In this document: positions 18,101-30,100 of the stretch, one piece after another | Numbering within the stretch: position 1 is the stretch's first letter | Layout: the number at the start of each line of letters is the position of its first letter | Virus record (IMG/VR): IMGVR_UViG_3300025853_000048 | Coordinates: 1 to 64,000 of that record | Length of the DNA: 64,000 nt | Source: a virus | Reading direction: 5' to 3' (one strand) | Notes under the pieces: model-generated | Database searches by the model: none | What the model was told of the DNA's origin: nothing | The model's input: the letters and a program-made list of their open reading frames with translations, nothing else | Made by a program: the position numbers and the translations under genes

Positions 18101-21100
18101 CAGAAGTAGTCCAAAGACGGGATGAAGGTGATATAGGCATTGTAAATAACTCATAACTCATCTCAATCGGGTCATGCGGCCTTGGCTCGGTTTGCGTGGG
18201 AGCGGCAGCGGAAAACAGAATTGATTCGCTCTGGTCGTTGAAACGCTCGGATAGCGGGACTCCAGTGAACGGATCGGCGGATTTGATCTGGTTGGGGGAA
18301 AGAACAAAGACAGATTCATCCCCGATAGATTCCACTTCGTTTTCGTAAATTACCCCGTCAATACCTTTTGCAAGCAATGCCCTTTGCAATTCTTGGTATG
18401 TGAAATCGGCATCCATTATCTGATCGATTTCAGAATCGGAAAGCGTTCCTTCTGGGAGGTTCTGAATAATGTCCCACGCTCCCCATGTCCCAAGATCCGG
18501 CATTCTTACGAGATTATCAGTCTTCAGGAAAACCTTGAGAGGGTCTAACGTTTTGGGTTGTTTATCGACAAATTCCTGAGCCTCTTCTTCAGTCTTAAAA
18601 GGCCCCCTGCCGTCGTTGTCTTCACTGGACCAAACCCAATAAGTGTTGTCCTCTGTATCATGTTCGATCTCGAATTCAACATTATCACGACCTTTGGCAA
18701 TGTCTCTCGCCGCTGAAAGGTTGCCGAAATGGGCGCCTTCGACATCCCTTAGATCAAAAGTATCGAAATCATAATCTGACCAATGATACCACGGACCGTT
18801 CGTAAATCCCGCATCCTTCGCCGCTTCATCCACCAACCTCTGGGACTCTGCGGTTTCCTCTTCGGTGATGGTCCCGGCGTTGTGCTTGGCTTCCAGTTCG
18901 GCGTGGCGGGCGTTGCGGTCGCGGGCTGGGACCGATGCAGCGGAGTAGAGTTGCGGGGATTGGTCTGGTGTCTTGAGCGAATCGTAAACTTCGCGGATGT
19001 TCTGAAAATCACCCCAGGTTCCTTCAGGAACATAAACCCATTCGTCCTCTCCCGCTAAATCGCTGTAGACTTCTGAGCCGTCCACTTCAAGACTTGTGGT
19101 TTGAGAATTTTCTGAGTTGGATTCATGCGATCCTGCGTATTCTTTCTTGAAAGATACCCAATCACCAGCTTCAATCTCGACTCCCTGCGGAGCGGCACGG
19201 TAAATAGTAACTTCACCGCTGCCCGCATTGTAGTAATCATCACGCTCGCCAGGCAGTCCCATTCTTGCGCGTCCCAGTCGGGTTAAGTTGCGTCGGGAAA
19301 TATCGAATAGGCTAGGCGAAAGAGCTTCATCGAACTCATCAAAACTTTCAGCCCAATCTACCAGTTCCTGTAAAGCGGTATCAAAATCATCTGATAGTTC
19401 TGGAATATTGGCTAATCTAGTTTGGCGATGCCTCAAGAAGTCCCGCCTTTCTTTCTCTTCGGCTTTTCTTTTTACCTGCTCTGGGTCGCGATTGTTGATG
19501 TCCTGAAAGACTTCACCGATGACGCGCCCTTCTGCAGTGGATGCGCTATTATCAACTGAATCGGTAATGTCAATGCCTCCGAAGAAAAAGTGAGGCTTGT
19601 ATTCAATATCCCAAACCACCGCTCGTTTCTTGTTCTTGTAGATAGCAACTGCGAATGGGTCACCGAGAAACTTTTCGCTGTTTTCCATCGTTGGCCTAAT
19701 CATATTGGGATGATCGCGCCAGAGTGAGGCAAACTGATCAATTACTGATTCTCTGTCATCGGATCGAAGGCGCATCAGTAAATCTTGACCTTCTGGTAAC
19801 GGCTCGGTTTCCTGATCCCTCTCATTCGCCGCCCGCGAAGGATCAACTTCGCCGCGGGCGGCGTCGTTATTACTCATCTGTGGGGAACTAACGCCAGGAT
19901 TGGCAGGTTGTCCACTGCTTGCCGCGGAATAGAGGGCAGGGTTGGTTCGTTTGGATCTTTCTTGAATAAAGATACGATGCTCATACTCTGACTTGGCGTC
20001 ATTTTGAGCCATTTTCAAAGTGTCGTTATAGTAATCGGGGAATTCCACAACTCCATCAAAAGCGACCTGGTATCCCTTATCGCTCTTAATGATCTCTATT
20101 ACAGGTTCTTTATCCAGCAAAGATTCAGTATCTTCAAAATTGAACTCAGGATAATTCCCTGATTCGGCTAAAGCGTCTCCACCTAATTCCTCTTCTATTC
20201 CCAAAGTGGACGGGTCGAGAAGAATTTCATTATCCGCTCCAGAGTTGCTCAATGGGATTCCGCTTACTCTGTAAATAGGTAAATCGGAACCCGATAAATA
20301 ATCCTGAGTTACAATCACTTCTCCCATATCAGTCTCCTCTCCCTGCCCGTCCAAAAGGAATAGTTCACCATCCGCGTCACGAAAACCTTTGTAAACCGAT
20401 ACTCCTTTTTCAGACTTCTGAGAAAGGTGATTGAAAGACGCTTTTCCTTTTTTTGGTTTACCAAACCTGTAATAACCGACTTCAATTTTTCTTTTGGCCT
20501 GAAATCCCGAGGGGTGCTCAACCCATACTTCATGCATTGGCGTTTCCCGCGTGCTTGCGGCGGAGTAGAGAGCGGCACCCTGGTTGCCGCTACCCCTCGC
20601 CACAAACTCGTCATCCCGGTCAAACACCGCTTCTTCCTCGCGGTCACTGATGATGATCGGATCGATGAAGTGTAACTGCCCATCAATCAGGAACACGTTG
20701 TCCCGCTTGATGTCGCGGATTTGCAGGTCGCCTTTGCGCCAGCGGCCTTCACCTTCAGAAGTAAACCCAATTTCGGCCATCTTTGCCGCAACTGCTTTCT
20801 CCCAGTCGGCTTTCTTCGACTTACGGGCAACCCTGGGGTCGTGTGCCGGCTGGCTGATCACCACCCGATAACCACCGTCATGCAAGATCACTCCTTCGAA
20901 CCGGAAACCCGAACCAAGCAAGGTGTTAGCCGCTTCCAGTCGATCGAAGTATCCGATCAAGTCCTGGAAGTTATTCAGCCCGAACCCGAATCCGGGAGCG
21001 TGGGCAATCTTCAATACGCGACTGGAATCATTAGGATCAACCCCGACCTGGTGCTCTGCACCTGCCATGCTCGGATCATCAAACAATTCCTCGTATCGTG

Positions 21101-24100
21101 AGCTCAGATCGTCTCTTACGCGGATTTGTCCGCTTTCTGCCGCGGCCCTGAGGACTCGCTGGTCTTCCGCTCGCTCGGCCTTGCGTCTGGCTCGGAACGT
21201 TTCCTCCGGTGTTCGATCCTGGCGAGGTGTTTCGCGAAGGGTTTGCCGTGCTTGGCGGATGGTTTGGGTGTCTTGTCCATGGTTTGATAGTTTATCATTA
21301 GTTTGAGTGCCACGCAACGGGGTTGCTGCGGAGTAGAGTTGCGGTGAAGATTCTGGATCCCATATCATTGACTCCATAGTCCTGAAATCTTTATTCCTCC
21401 CAGTATTCCTCACGAACCCTAAATTCTTGTAGAATGTTTCTAATCTCTTTTTTGAAGAAGCTCCATGAACCGTATCTGGTGTAAGAGCAATCGTCATGCC
21501 CATAGAGGATGCTAATCCTTGCAACTGTTCCATTTTTGCAGTCCCTATTCCTTGCCCTCTTTGGTTCTCAGGGACTACTATTTTAGACAGCGTGATAATT
21601 CCACGATGTTCTGAAATATAAGAATCTATACCTTCTTTCTCCCATTCATTCATCAATTCCTGAAGATGAATATTCGCATCAATGTCCTGAGGATCGGCAT
21701 TGGGATAGCCAAACAACCTAGAAAACTCGTTTGATAGTTCCCCTTTTTTGTTTTTGAAAACCGGAGCAGAGGTGTCTTTGAAGTCGAAATATAAGTCATC
21801 TCCTTTGGTGTAGAAGTCTACATCGTCTCCCTTGAAGGACGACTCAAGATTTCTGGCACTAACCTCGTTACCTGAAACCTCCAATCCAAACCCCGTACCC
21901 GCAACCGGTTCAAGGGTAAATTCAGGGTGTAGCAACATATCAACGTGCTTCAACCCCAATATCCCCATTTGCTTTAGAAAATTACCTTGCTGGTAAAGTT
22001 CTTCACCTATATCGTTCCGGTTTGATCCCGATCCACCAAAAATCTCTGAAAACGATTCGCTCATCCCGCCGTTTTCATCGAAGACTTCTTCACTCCATAA
22101 GTCCAGACCTTGATGGGTGAACGTGAATGGGAATGGGTCGTTTTTACCAGCGTTGTAACTCATTAGCAACTCAACCGGCTCGCCATCAAAGTAAAATCTT
22201 GTGGAAGCGTCGTACATTTCTCCAGACTCACTTAAGGCAGGCGTAAAATCACCGCTATGATCAATAACAAATCGATCGGATAGCATCCCTCGGTTCTGCC
22301 AATCAGCAATCTTACCCATCAGTGTGAGGAGTTTGCTTTCATTAAAGAAATCTCGCGGTATTACCCGCTCGTACGATTCGTCATTCCATCCTGCCATTGG
22401 TGCTGCCGCGGAGTAGAGTTGCGTTCCCTGCTCGGTTTCTTCCAGTTGATTAGTGTCGGTCTTGGTTGAATTCCAGACGGTTCCAGGTTTGAACTTAGTT
22501 GGCTCACTCTCCTTTTTGGACGGTTTTGTGATTTCAACCAAATAAGTATTCACTCCGGTTTGGCGGAAACTTTCCTGTCCCTTGAAAGAGCCTTCTGGTA
22601 ATTGTTCGTATTCACCGCCTACCGAATCTAGCCATTCGCGAAATTCTTTCTTGGATTTTGTCTCGCCGAAGAACGGACTGGCACTCATCACTGCCACAAC
22701 TTTGCCTCCAGGTTTAACCATTTCGTAAGCCCTTTGGACGTGTTGCATATCCTGCCCGTTCTCAAACGGCGGATTCATGATCACCGCATCATAAGGCTGA
22801 TCGGTTTCGAAGGTGGTAAAGTCTCGGGATACCAAATTGATCTCCTTGTCCTCCAGGATATCGCGAAGGGTGGAATCAATCTCGATCGCGTCCACCTCGG
22901 CACCGGCTTCAACCAGTGATTCAGCAATGTCTCCTTTACCTGCGGATGGTTCGAGAACTCGATCACCTCCGCCGATTCCCGCCCTCTCAATCATATCTTC
23001 AATGATTGGCTTCGGAGTAGGGAAGAATCCGTCTATCTTTCTGCCTATCAGGGCGCGTTCTCTGGCCTTCGCGGGGTCTTCCTGTGTCTTCGCACCCTTA
23101 TACTCCAAAAACTCTCTCAGGGCGGCTCTTAGGGCCACCAGATCATCGATTCCCATGCGCTTGGTGCGGTCATAGTCCTCAAACTTCCAAGCGATGTCAT
23201 CCCAGTAGGTTTTACCCCGGTCGTTGCGAGTCTTTTTGGCCAGTTCGCGGATATTTTCGATGTCTTGAGCGTTGGAAGTCTCCAGTGATTGTCCATCATG
23301 GCGATTCATGGATATCTTGGCCACTTTGTTGGCGAGCATCTTCGCGCCCTTGGTGTTTCGGCCAGCTTCGACCATTTGCATCAGCGTGCTTTTATCAATG
23401 TATACGGTTGGGTACTTGGCTTTCGCCATTTGATCCGGTGTGGCGGGTTCGTTGCTGTGGTCCTCTTTCCATCCGCCGTCTCTTTCGCGTTGGGCTTCCC
23501 CTTTGGCTTGCTCGGCCAGTTTGTAGAGCGTTTCGATGTGGGATGCCGCTTTGATGCCGTCCAGGTGTGTAGCTTTCCCGCTTTCAATCGCATCCGCCAA
23601 ATTTCGCAAGGTGGTTGCGAATGCTTTCTGACCTCGGGCCTTGCTCTCCGCTCCTGCTGCCATTCTGGCCTGGCGAGCGGTATTCTGGCGACGATCTTGA
23701 TTCAGTGCCTCATCAGCGGTCTTGTCCATCCGGTCAGCCATGCTGCGGAATCGCTCGGCAGTCTTACTGTTCGCGGCAGTTTCCTTTTCCTGCTCCTGCT
23801 CAGTGGCATCGACGGTTTCACCTTTCACAACTGCCTCAAACTGTCGTGCTGCTTCCATGGTCTTGAACTGAAACCCTGGGATCGCGCCGTCTTTGCTGTA
23901 GCGACTGTAGTATCCACCCAATTTCTTGGCAGCGGCATTCAGGCTGCGGTAAACATCTTTGTCTACTCGGTCTGCCAACTTCACAACAAACAGATCATGG
24001 CCATGCTTGGTATGCACGGTTTTCTCGATCGACGTTTCGGTATCAGTTTTAACGCCCGTGACCGAAACTTTGGATTCTTTCTGTGCCTGCTCCAATTCCT

Positions 24101-27100
24101 TTCGGTTGATGCCTCTAATCTCGTCAAATTGGACGAGTTGCTCAGGAGATAAGCGGTTTTCGCCACGGTCCATGATCCGCTTACGGGCCTCATACGGACT
24201 ACGAATCGCGTTCAGTTCCTTGATTTCATCCTGGGTAAGTTCGGCTGTGCCTTGCTTGTAAACGAACTGCTCCCACTCATCCAGGGTTTCAGGATTGGTC
24301 AGAGCTTTTTCTTTTGCTGCTTTCTTCTCTTGGCGTTCCTGGAAGTCGGATTGGATCTTTTCATCGGTCCATTTCTCAACCGCTTTGTCCATCTGTTCGC
24401 GGCGGGCTTTCTTCCAGTCGCTTCCAAAAGAATAACTCAACGATTCACCGGGGTTGAATATACCCTGCAAGTTTTCGTGAGCGGTTCGCACTGCGTCGGC
24501 TTTATTGTCGGGTTTGCGATAGCCTTGGAACCTGGCCAGTTTCTTCATGGTCAGTTTGGCAAGTTCCGCCTCTATGGCATCCTCGTTTTCCTTGTATTGG
24601 CTCCATGCTTCGCGGACTTGATCCGCAGTCACTTTGCCATCGATAATTTGACCGTTGAACTCAAGCAAGTTTTCAAGGGAGTCTACAGCAGGAATTGAAT
24701 CCGCCTGTTTCGATGCTTCAGGCGTTTGGCTTTCTGCCACTTCAGCACTCTTTTGCTGGATCTTCTGATCAACCATGTGAATCCGCTCTTTAATATTGCG
24801 GATATCCCGACGCAATTTGTCGGTTTCCATGTTGTATCCACCACTGATCAAAGACTTGCCATTTGCAATCGCTTCCTCGCGAGTATCAGGACCGAAACCG
24901 GTGCCGTAATTAACCCATTGCTTGCGGCCATTGATGTCAGTAACTTCAAGTGCCTTGCCTCCCTCTTTCTTCACCGGCCCAAACGGTTCTTTTTCCTCGA
25001 CCTGGTATTCAGCTTTTCTGGCAGCATCGCGCTCCGTCTCTAACTGATCCATCTGAGCTTCAAGCAACTCGGCTTTCATCTTGTTCTTTGCCCGAGTCTT
25101 GATCATGCTGGCAATTGACTTGAAAGCCTTGTCCCCTTTGAGTAGCCCTAAAGCGTCCTCAAGAGAAACGATTTCAGTTTTACCGTCTTTGGTTTCCACG
25201 CTGAACAGGTGGACCAGTTTTCGCCCTGTCCGGTCGGATAGTTCGGCGTTGTCGAAATCTGAAACCCTGGCGTCTACCAGACCACCTTCATAAGCATCGT
25301 ACTTGACGCCTCCAGTCCATCGCCATTCGTAAGAAACGATCTTGCTGCCATCGCTAACCGGAATTGGTTTGGCGAAAATGATGGTTTCAGTAGGTTTTGT
25401 CCTGCCTGGGGGCGCCTGCTTGCTTTCGCTCTCAGGCAAACCTTTGCTTTCTGTTTTATTAGAATTTTGATCCTTCCTCTTCCGATCCTGCTCCCGCTGT
25501 TTATCCGGAGTCATTCCGGGTTTAAACACTTCGATCTCAGCGTTAGGAAGCATTGGTACCCACTCGGTTGTGGGGTTATCTCCGATTGAGCCGATTAGCA
25601 CGTTAACAAACTTGCTTCCCTTCCTCTCTCTTACCTCGTAAACTCGCTTGCGACCATCTTTGAAATAATCGACTGCGGGAATGTCCCGCCCAACAGCATC
25701 CTTGACGGAAATATTCTCGGTAACGCTGGTATCCAAAACCTGCCATTCGCCGTTCTCTTTGCGGACGTGGTAACCTTGGGATTTCATTCCCGCCTTATCA
25801 GTTCGCCACGCTTCCCAAAATGAATTATTCGGTTCGGCGATGCGGGCGTTTTGGGGCATCCCCTTGATTTCGACCATCTCAGTTTTGCCCCACTTCAATC
25901 CGAAGCCTTCGCGACCTCGCTGGCGCTTCAAGTCAACCCACATCGTCTTACCTGCTGATTCAGGTAGGCCGACCTGACTTTGGATAGATTGCGTCGGATC
26001 AAAACCAATCTCTTCGAAGTATTCTCCTTTGTCGTAGGGTTCTGACACCCTCTGAACTCCTGCCGTCCAATATTGCTTGTTGCGCGGAGTGTTCTTCAAC
26101 CCGAGAACGAAAAGCGGGGTATCCCAACCTTTTTCGCCATAGGTTTCGACCACTGCCACGGCAAGATCAAGATCGATATCAGACTTCGCTATCAAGCCTG
26201 ATTGCCGCTTGGTTTCGTTCTGAATGATATCAATTTCTTCCTGTCTCTGCTCGTCGGTTGTCACCGCGTCCAGGAACTTCTGGCGACCACTGAGAAAAGC
26301 GGCATCGAGTGCCTTCTTGCGGTCTTCAAAGATTTGTTTCTTAGTCTTTGGTTTTTCATCGAACAACTGTTCCTGCCCGACCTCTGCATCCTTCTCGGCA
26401 TCGGTGCGGGTGTCGGGAGCCTCGAATTCCGTTTCTACGGTCTGCTCTCCCACCAGGGAGAAGTCCTCTTCCACGCCCGCGACCTGGAACATGTCGGCGT
26501 TGTCATTGATTTCGGTCTGGTTGGTTTTATCCTTCCTAGTTGCAGCAACGATAGTCTTGACATTCTCCACGCTATCCAGGCTGGTCTTCATGCTCTTGAG
26601 CGCCTTGATGGTTTCGCTCATCGCTTCAAGTCCCCGCTTGAATTTGACCGGTTTGGCGATTAGATCGAGTTCAAAAGCACTCGCGATGCCCAGTAGAGCG
26701 CCGACTGGATCTCTCTGCTTAATGTCGATCCCTGTACCGATAGCGTCGGCAACCATGCCCACGGGTCCAGGAATCAACCCTACTGCGGAAGCGGTGAGCT
26801 CCGCGGCGTTAAGAAATAGTTCTTCCTCCAGTTTCGCGGCTTCCTCCGTGCCAAGGGTTTCCAGTTCCCGGATCGCATCAGGAACGGTCTTTGTAAGCAT
26901 TTGCTTGCTCAAAGTTACCAGCTTCTTGCGGGCTTCCTTGCGTTGCTCGTTGGTGATCGCCTTGGACCGGGAAACCGCTATTTTGATTTCAGCCTCGATC
27001 GCATCAAAGTCATCGCTAAGTTTTTGGAAGGGTGACTGTTGACTTAATTCTCCTTCTTCGCCTTCCTTCGTGCTTTCTGCCAGAGTCTTTTCGGCGGCAC

Positions 27101-30100
27101 CGGTTTCCGGGAAGCCTGCGATTCGGTTGATTTTGGCGAAGTAGGTTTCTGGGCTTTGGTCTTGTCGTTCATCGTTAAATATATCCTCGGTTTGGGATGC
27201 GTCATCACGGTTTTTCTGTTCGCGTTGTGCGAACGTTAAATATTCCCGAAGCGTCTCATCGAACGGGAATTCGTTAGAACTCCGGTCTTTCTTCAGCTTC
27301 GTTGAAGTCACCAGGTCATCCAGTAACAGTTGACCGATCTCAGAGAGTGGTTCGCTGACCAGTTCGGCTTTACGGTTGGTCAGCCAGTCGGACAGGTTGC
27401 GGAAGTTGCCCTGCTCGACTGCGTGCATTCCCGACCGCAGGGAAAGGATCGCTTCGACCACATCGCCTGCCAGGGACAAATCATCGTCGAGTTTCGCCAG
27501 TTCCGGCGCTACCTTGGCAACTGCGGAGACGATGCGCTTGCCGCCGTCGCTCTCCAGTATAGCGGTAACATCAGCGGAGTCTTTCCCTGCCTTTTCCACT
27601 AGACGAGTCACAAATGCTGCCATGACTCGACGGGATGCTTCGGCCTGGTCAAATTCTCCCGATTGGGTCCGGGTGATTCCCCTGGCAGATTGTTCCAGTT
27701 TGGTGGCGACTGCCCGCAGAGAATCGGCGGTGAGTTGATTATTGACGTTGAACCGCAGCCCGGACAGGGTGCTGTAGCCGATGGCTTCGGCATCAAGTAA
27801 CGCCTGCTCGGAAACGGATTCGCCGAGTCCGCCCTGTTTCGGGTTGCTTTCGACCACGAAAGATCGTTGATCGCCACTGGTGAACTCAATCACTTCGCGG
27901 ATAAGGACCGGTTGTTTGACCCCGGCAAGATTAATGCCTTCTTCCTGCGCAAAATCGCGAACCGCAGTTTCGTAGGCCATGGCGTTGCCCCGTTCGTAGG
28001 CGAGGCGTATTCCGCTCGATCTTCCGTTTCCGGCGATAACGCTTCCGCCTGAAACAACCGGAGCGCCATCGTTGGCCTTGCGAGAATCTAGCAGGAAGTC
28101 GGGATCGATGGATGAAGCGATTCGCTCTATCTGCTCCATCGAAGAACGATTCCCGCTTCTCTGTCGGGTCTGATCAGCATTGATCTCTGCCTCGATCATC
28201 CCGTCTAAATCTGTGGCATCAACCACCCTGTAACGGAAAGTCGCCTTGGCCCCGTTCGGGGTTCCGGTTGAAATAGTGCCGTCAATATCGGCCACATCCG
28301 GGCTTTTCGCGCCATCTGCGGGGCTTTTCTGTCCGGTATTAGGTTTCCTGACAGTTACTGCCGGTTTCTTGTAGTTGATTGGTGTATAAACTGTTCGACC
28401 GGATTTGGTGCCCTTCTGAGCGTTGGAAAGATCAACGTCGTAACCTCTCCTTGAGAGTGCTTCGTAAACCCTGTAGGCAGGCTCCGAAACATAGTTGTCT
28501 GACATAACATCTTTCCCATCCTCATGCGCCTTGTCAATAATCGCCTGGTAAGCCTTAATTCCCAACTTCTTGCCCTGATGTATTCCTTGCAGGGTGGATT
28601 TATGGATTCTTACTTTACCTTCATACTCACCGGCAGTCACGTACCCGACTTCTACGTCTTTTTCATCCCGTATCGAAGCTCTAAAACCATCCTCAGAAAG
28701 TTTAATTGACCCTTCTTCCTCGAAAACGCTCTCGTCCAGGTCGAAGACTCCGGTGTTGCCGGGGTGCTTGCCTGCCTTCGCGGTCTTCTTCGATTTGGTT
28801 TGCGCGAATTCCTCCAACCGTTGCACTTGCTCTTCGGTGATCGGAGCCAGTTTATTTGGAGCATTAACGTCATCCCAATCAGCCTCCCGCTTCTGGCCTT
28901 TATCGACCATGAAGACCTTGGAAATGAAATCTTGCGCTTCCACCCCTTCTTTACCGATGCTCGCCTCGCTGTAGCCGAGCAACTCTTCAATCACTCTGTC
29001 TTTGTCATTGCGAACCGATACAACATCGCCAACTTGCGTCCTTCTCAGGGCGAACATGACTTCAGCAACCCGGGAAAAGAATGCGCCTTTTAGACCTTCA
29101 TCCTTGCTCGCTTCTTGATGGGAGAGATCTGCGATTCGTCCCGCTTCCTTCTGCAACTTCAAGCTTCCGGCGTAGGTTTCGATGGCTTGCTCTGCCAATG
29201 CAATAGGATCGGTTTTCTTCGCTGCGGTCTTCTTCTTGGGGGTTTGCACAGCAACCTCTGAGAGGTCCATTTCCACTATTTGCCCTATCAACTCCTTTGG
29301 CCCCGGCTCGACAATTGTTCCTGAGAAAATACCGTTACCCAAATCATTAGTGACCTCAACACTCCTGAAAATACTGCTACCGGTTGGGTCGTAATAAATA
29401 ACCTCACCTACGTTGGGGTATTTTGTGACACCTGGATGAGGTCCGGGGTGTCTTTTTGAATCTTCTGAAAGGTCTACTCCTGTTATGTTTACCAGGCGGT
29501 CTTTATAGGATTCTATCGCTGCCTCAACCTCGTAGATTGACAACCATCCACCCGTTTTTTTCAACAACTCAGATTTAGCCTTATCGGTCTTGAGTTCATT
29601 GTAGCGACTTGTAATACTGAAAAGATCACCAAGGCGTTTGCGGTGCGCAACTTCTGAAGCTGATTTGGGAAGTGCTTTTCTGGGGTTATCACTCCACAAT
29701 TCAAGTTTCTTGCCTGGGGCTGACTTTGCAAAAATAGCAGCGCCTTCCCCTAGACGTTTCTCTTCCGCATCTTCAAAGTCTTTGCCGGTTTCGCCTTTGA
29801 TTTCATTGATCTTATCCTGATAGGATTTACCATCCCTCCGTTCTTTTTCTTCCCAGAACTGAACGGCGTCTTCAATTCGTTGAGACTCAACTGGAAGAGC
29901 GTTGTACCGTTCACTTTCGGCGCTTATATCAGCAAGAAGTTTAGACTCAACATTATCAAGATAATCTTTCACCCCGACCCAGAAAAACAGATTCTTATTT
30001 GGGCGGACATTGGCACTTGATGAGAAATTACGAACTTTCTCTCTAACCATGTTAAGCATGGAATTCACCTTATCCAGATCCCTATTTAATCCTTCAACAT

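Noticed and set aside
19875-19915. Possible nested promoter after the fourth LYSAA junction (TGGACA...)
   Set aside because: No acceptable -10 hexamer at the expected spacing.
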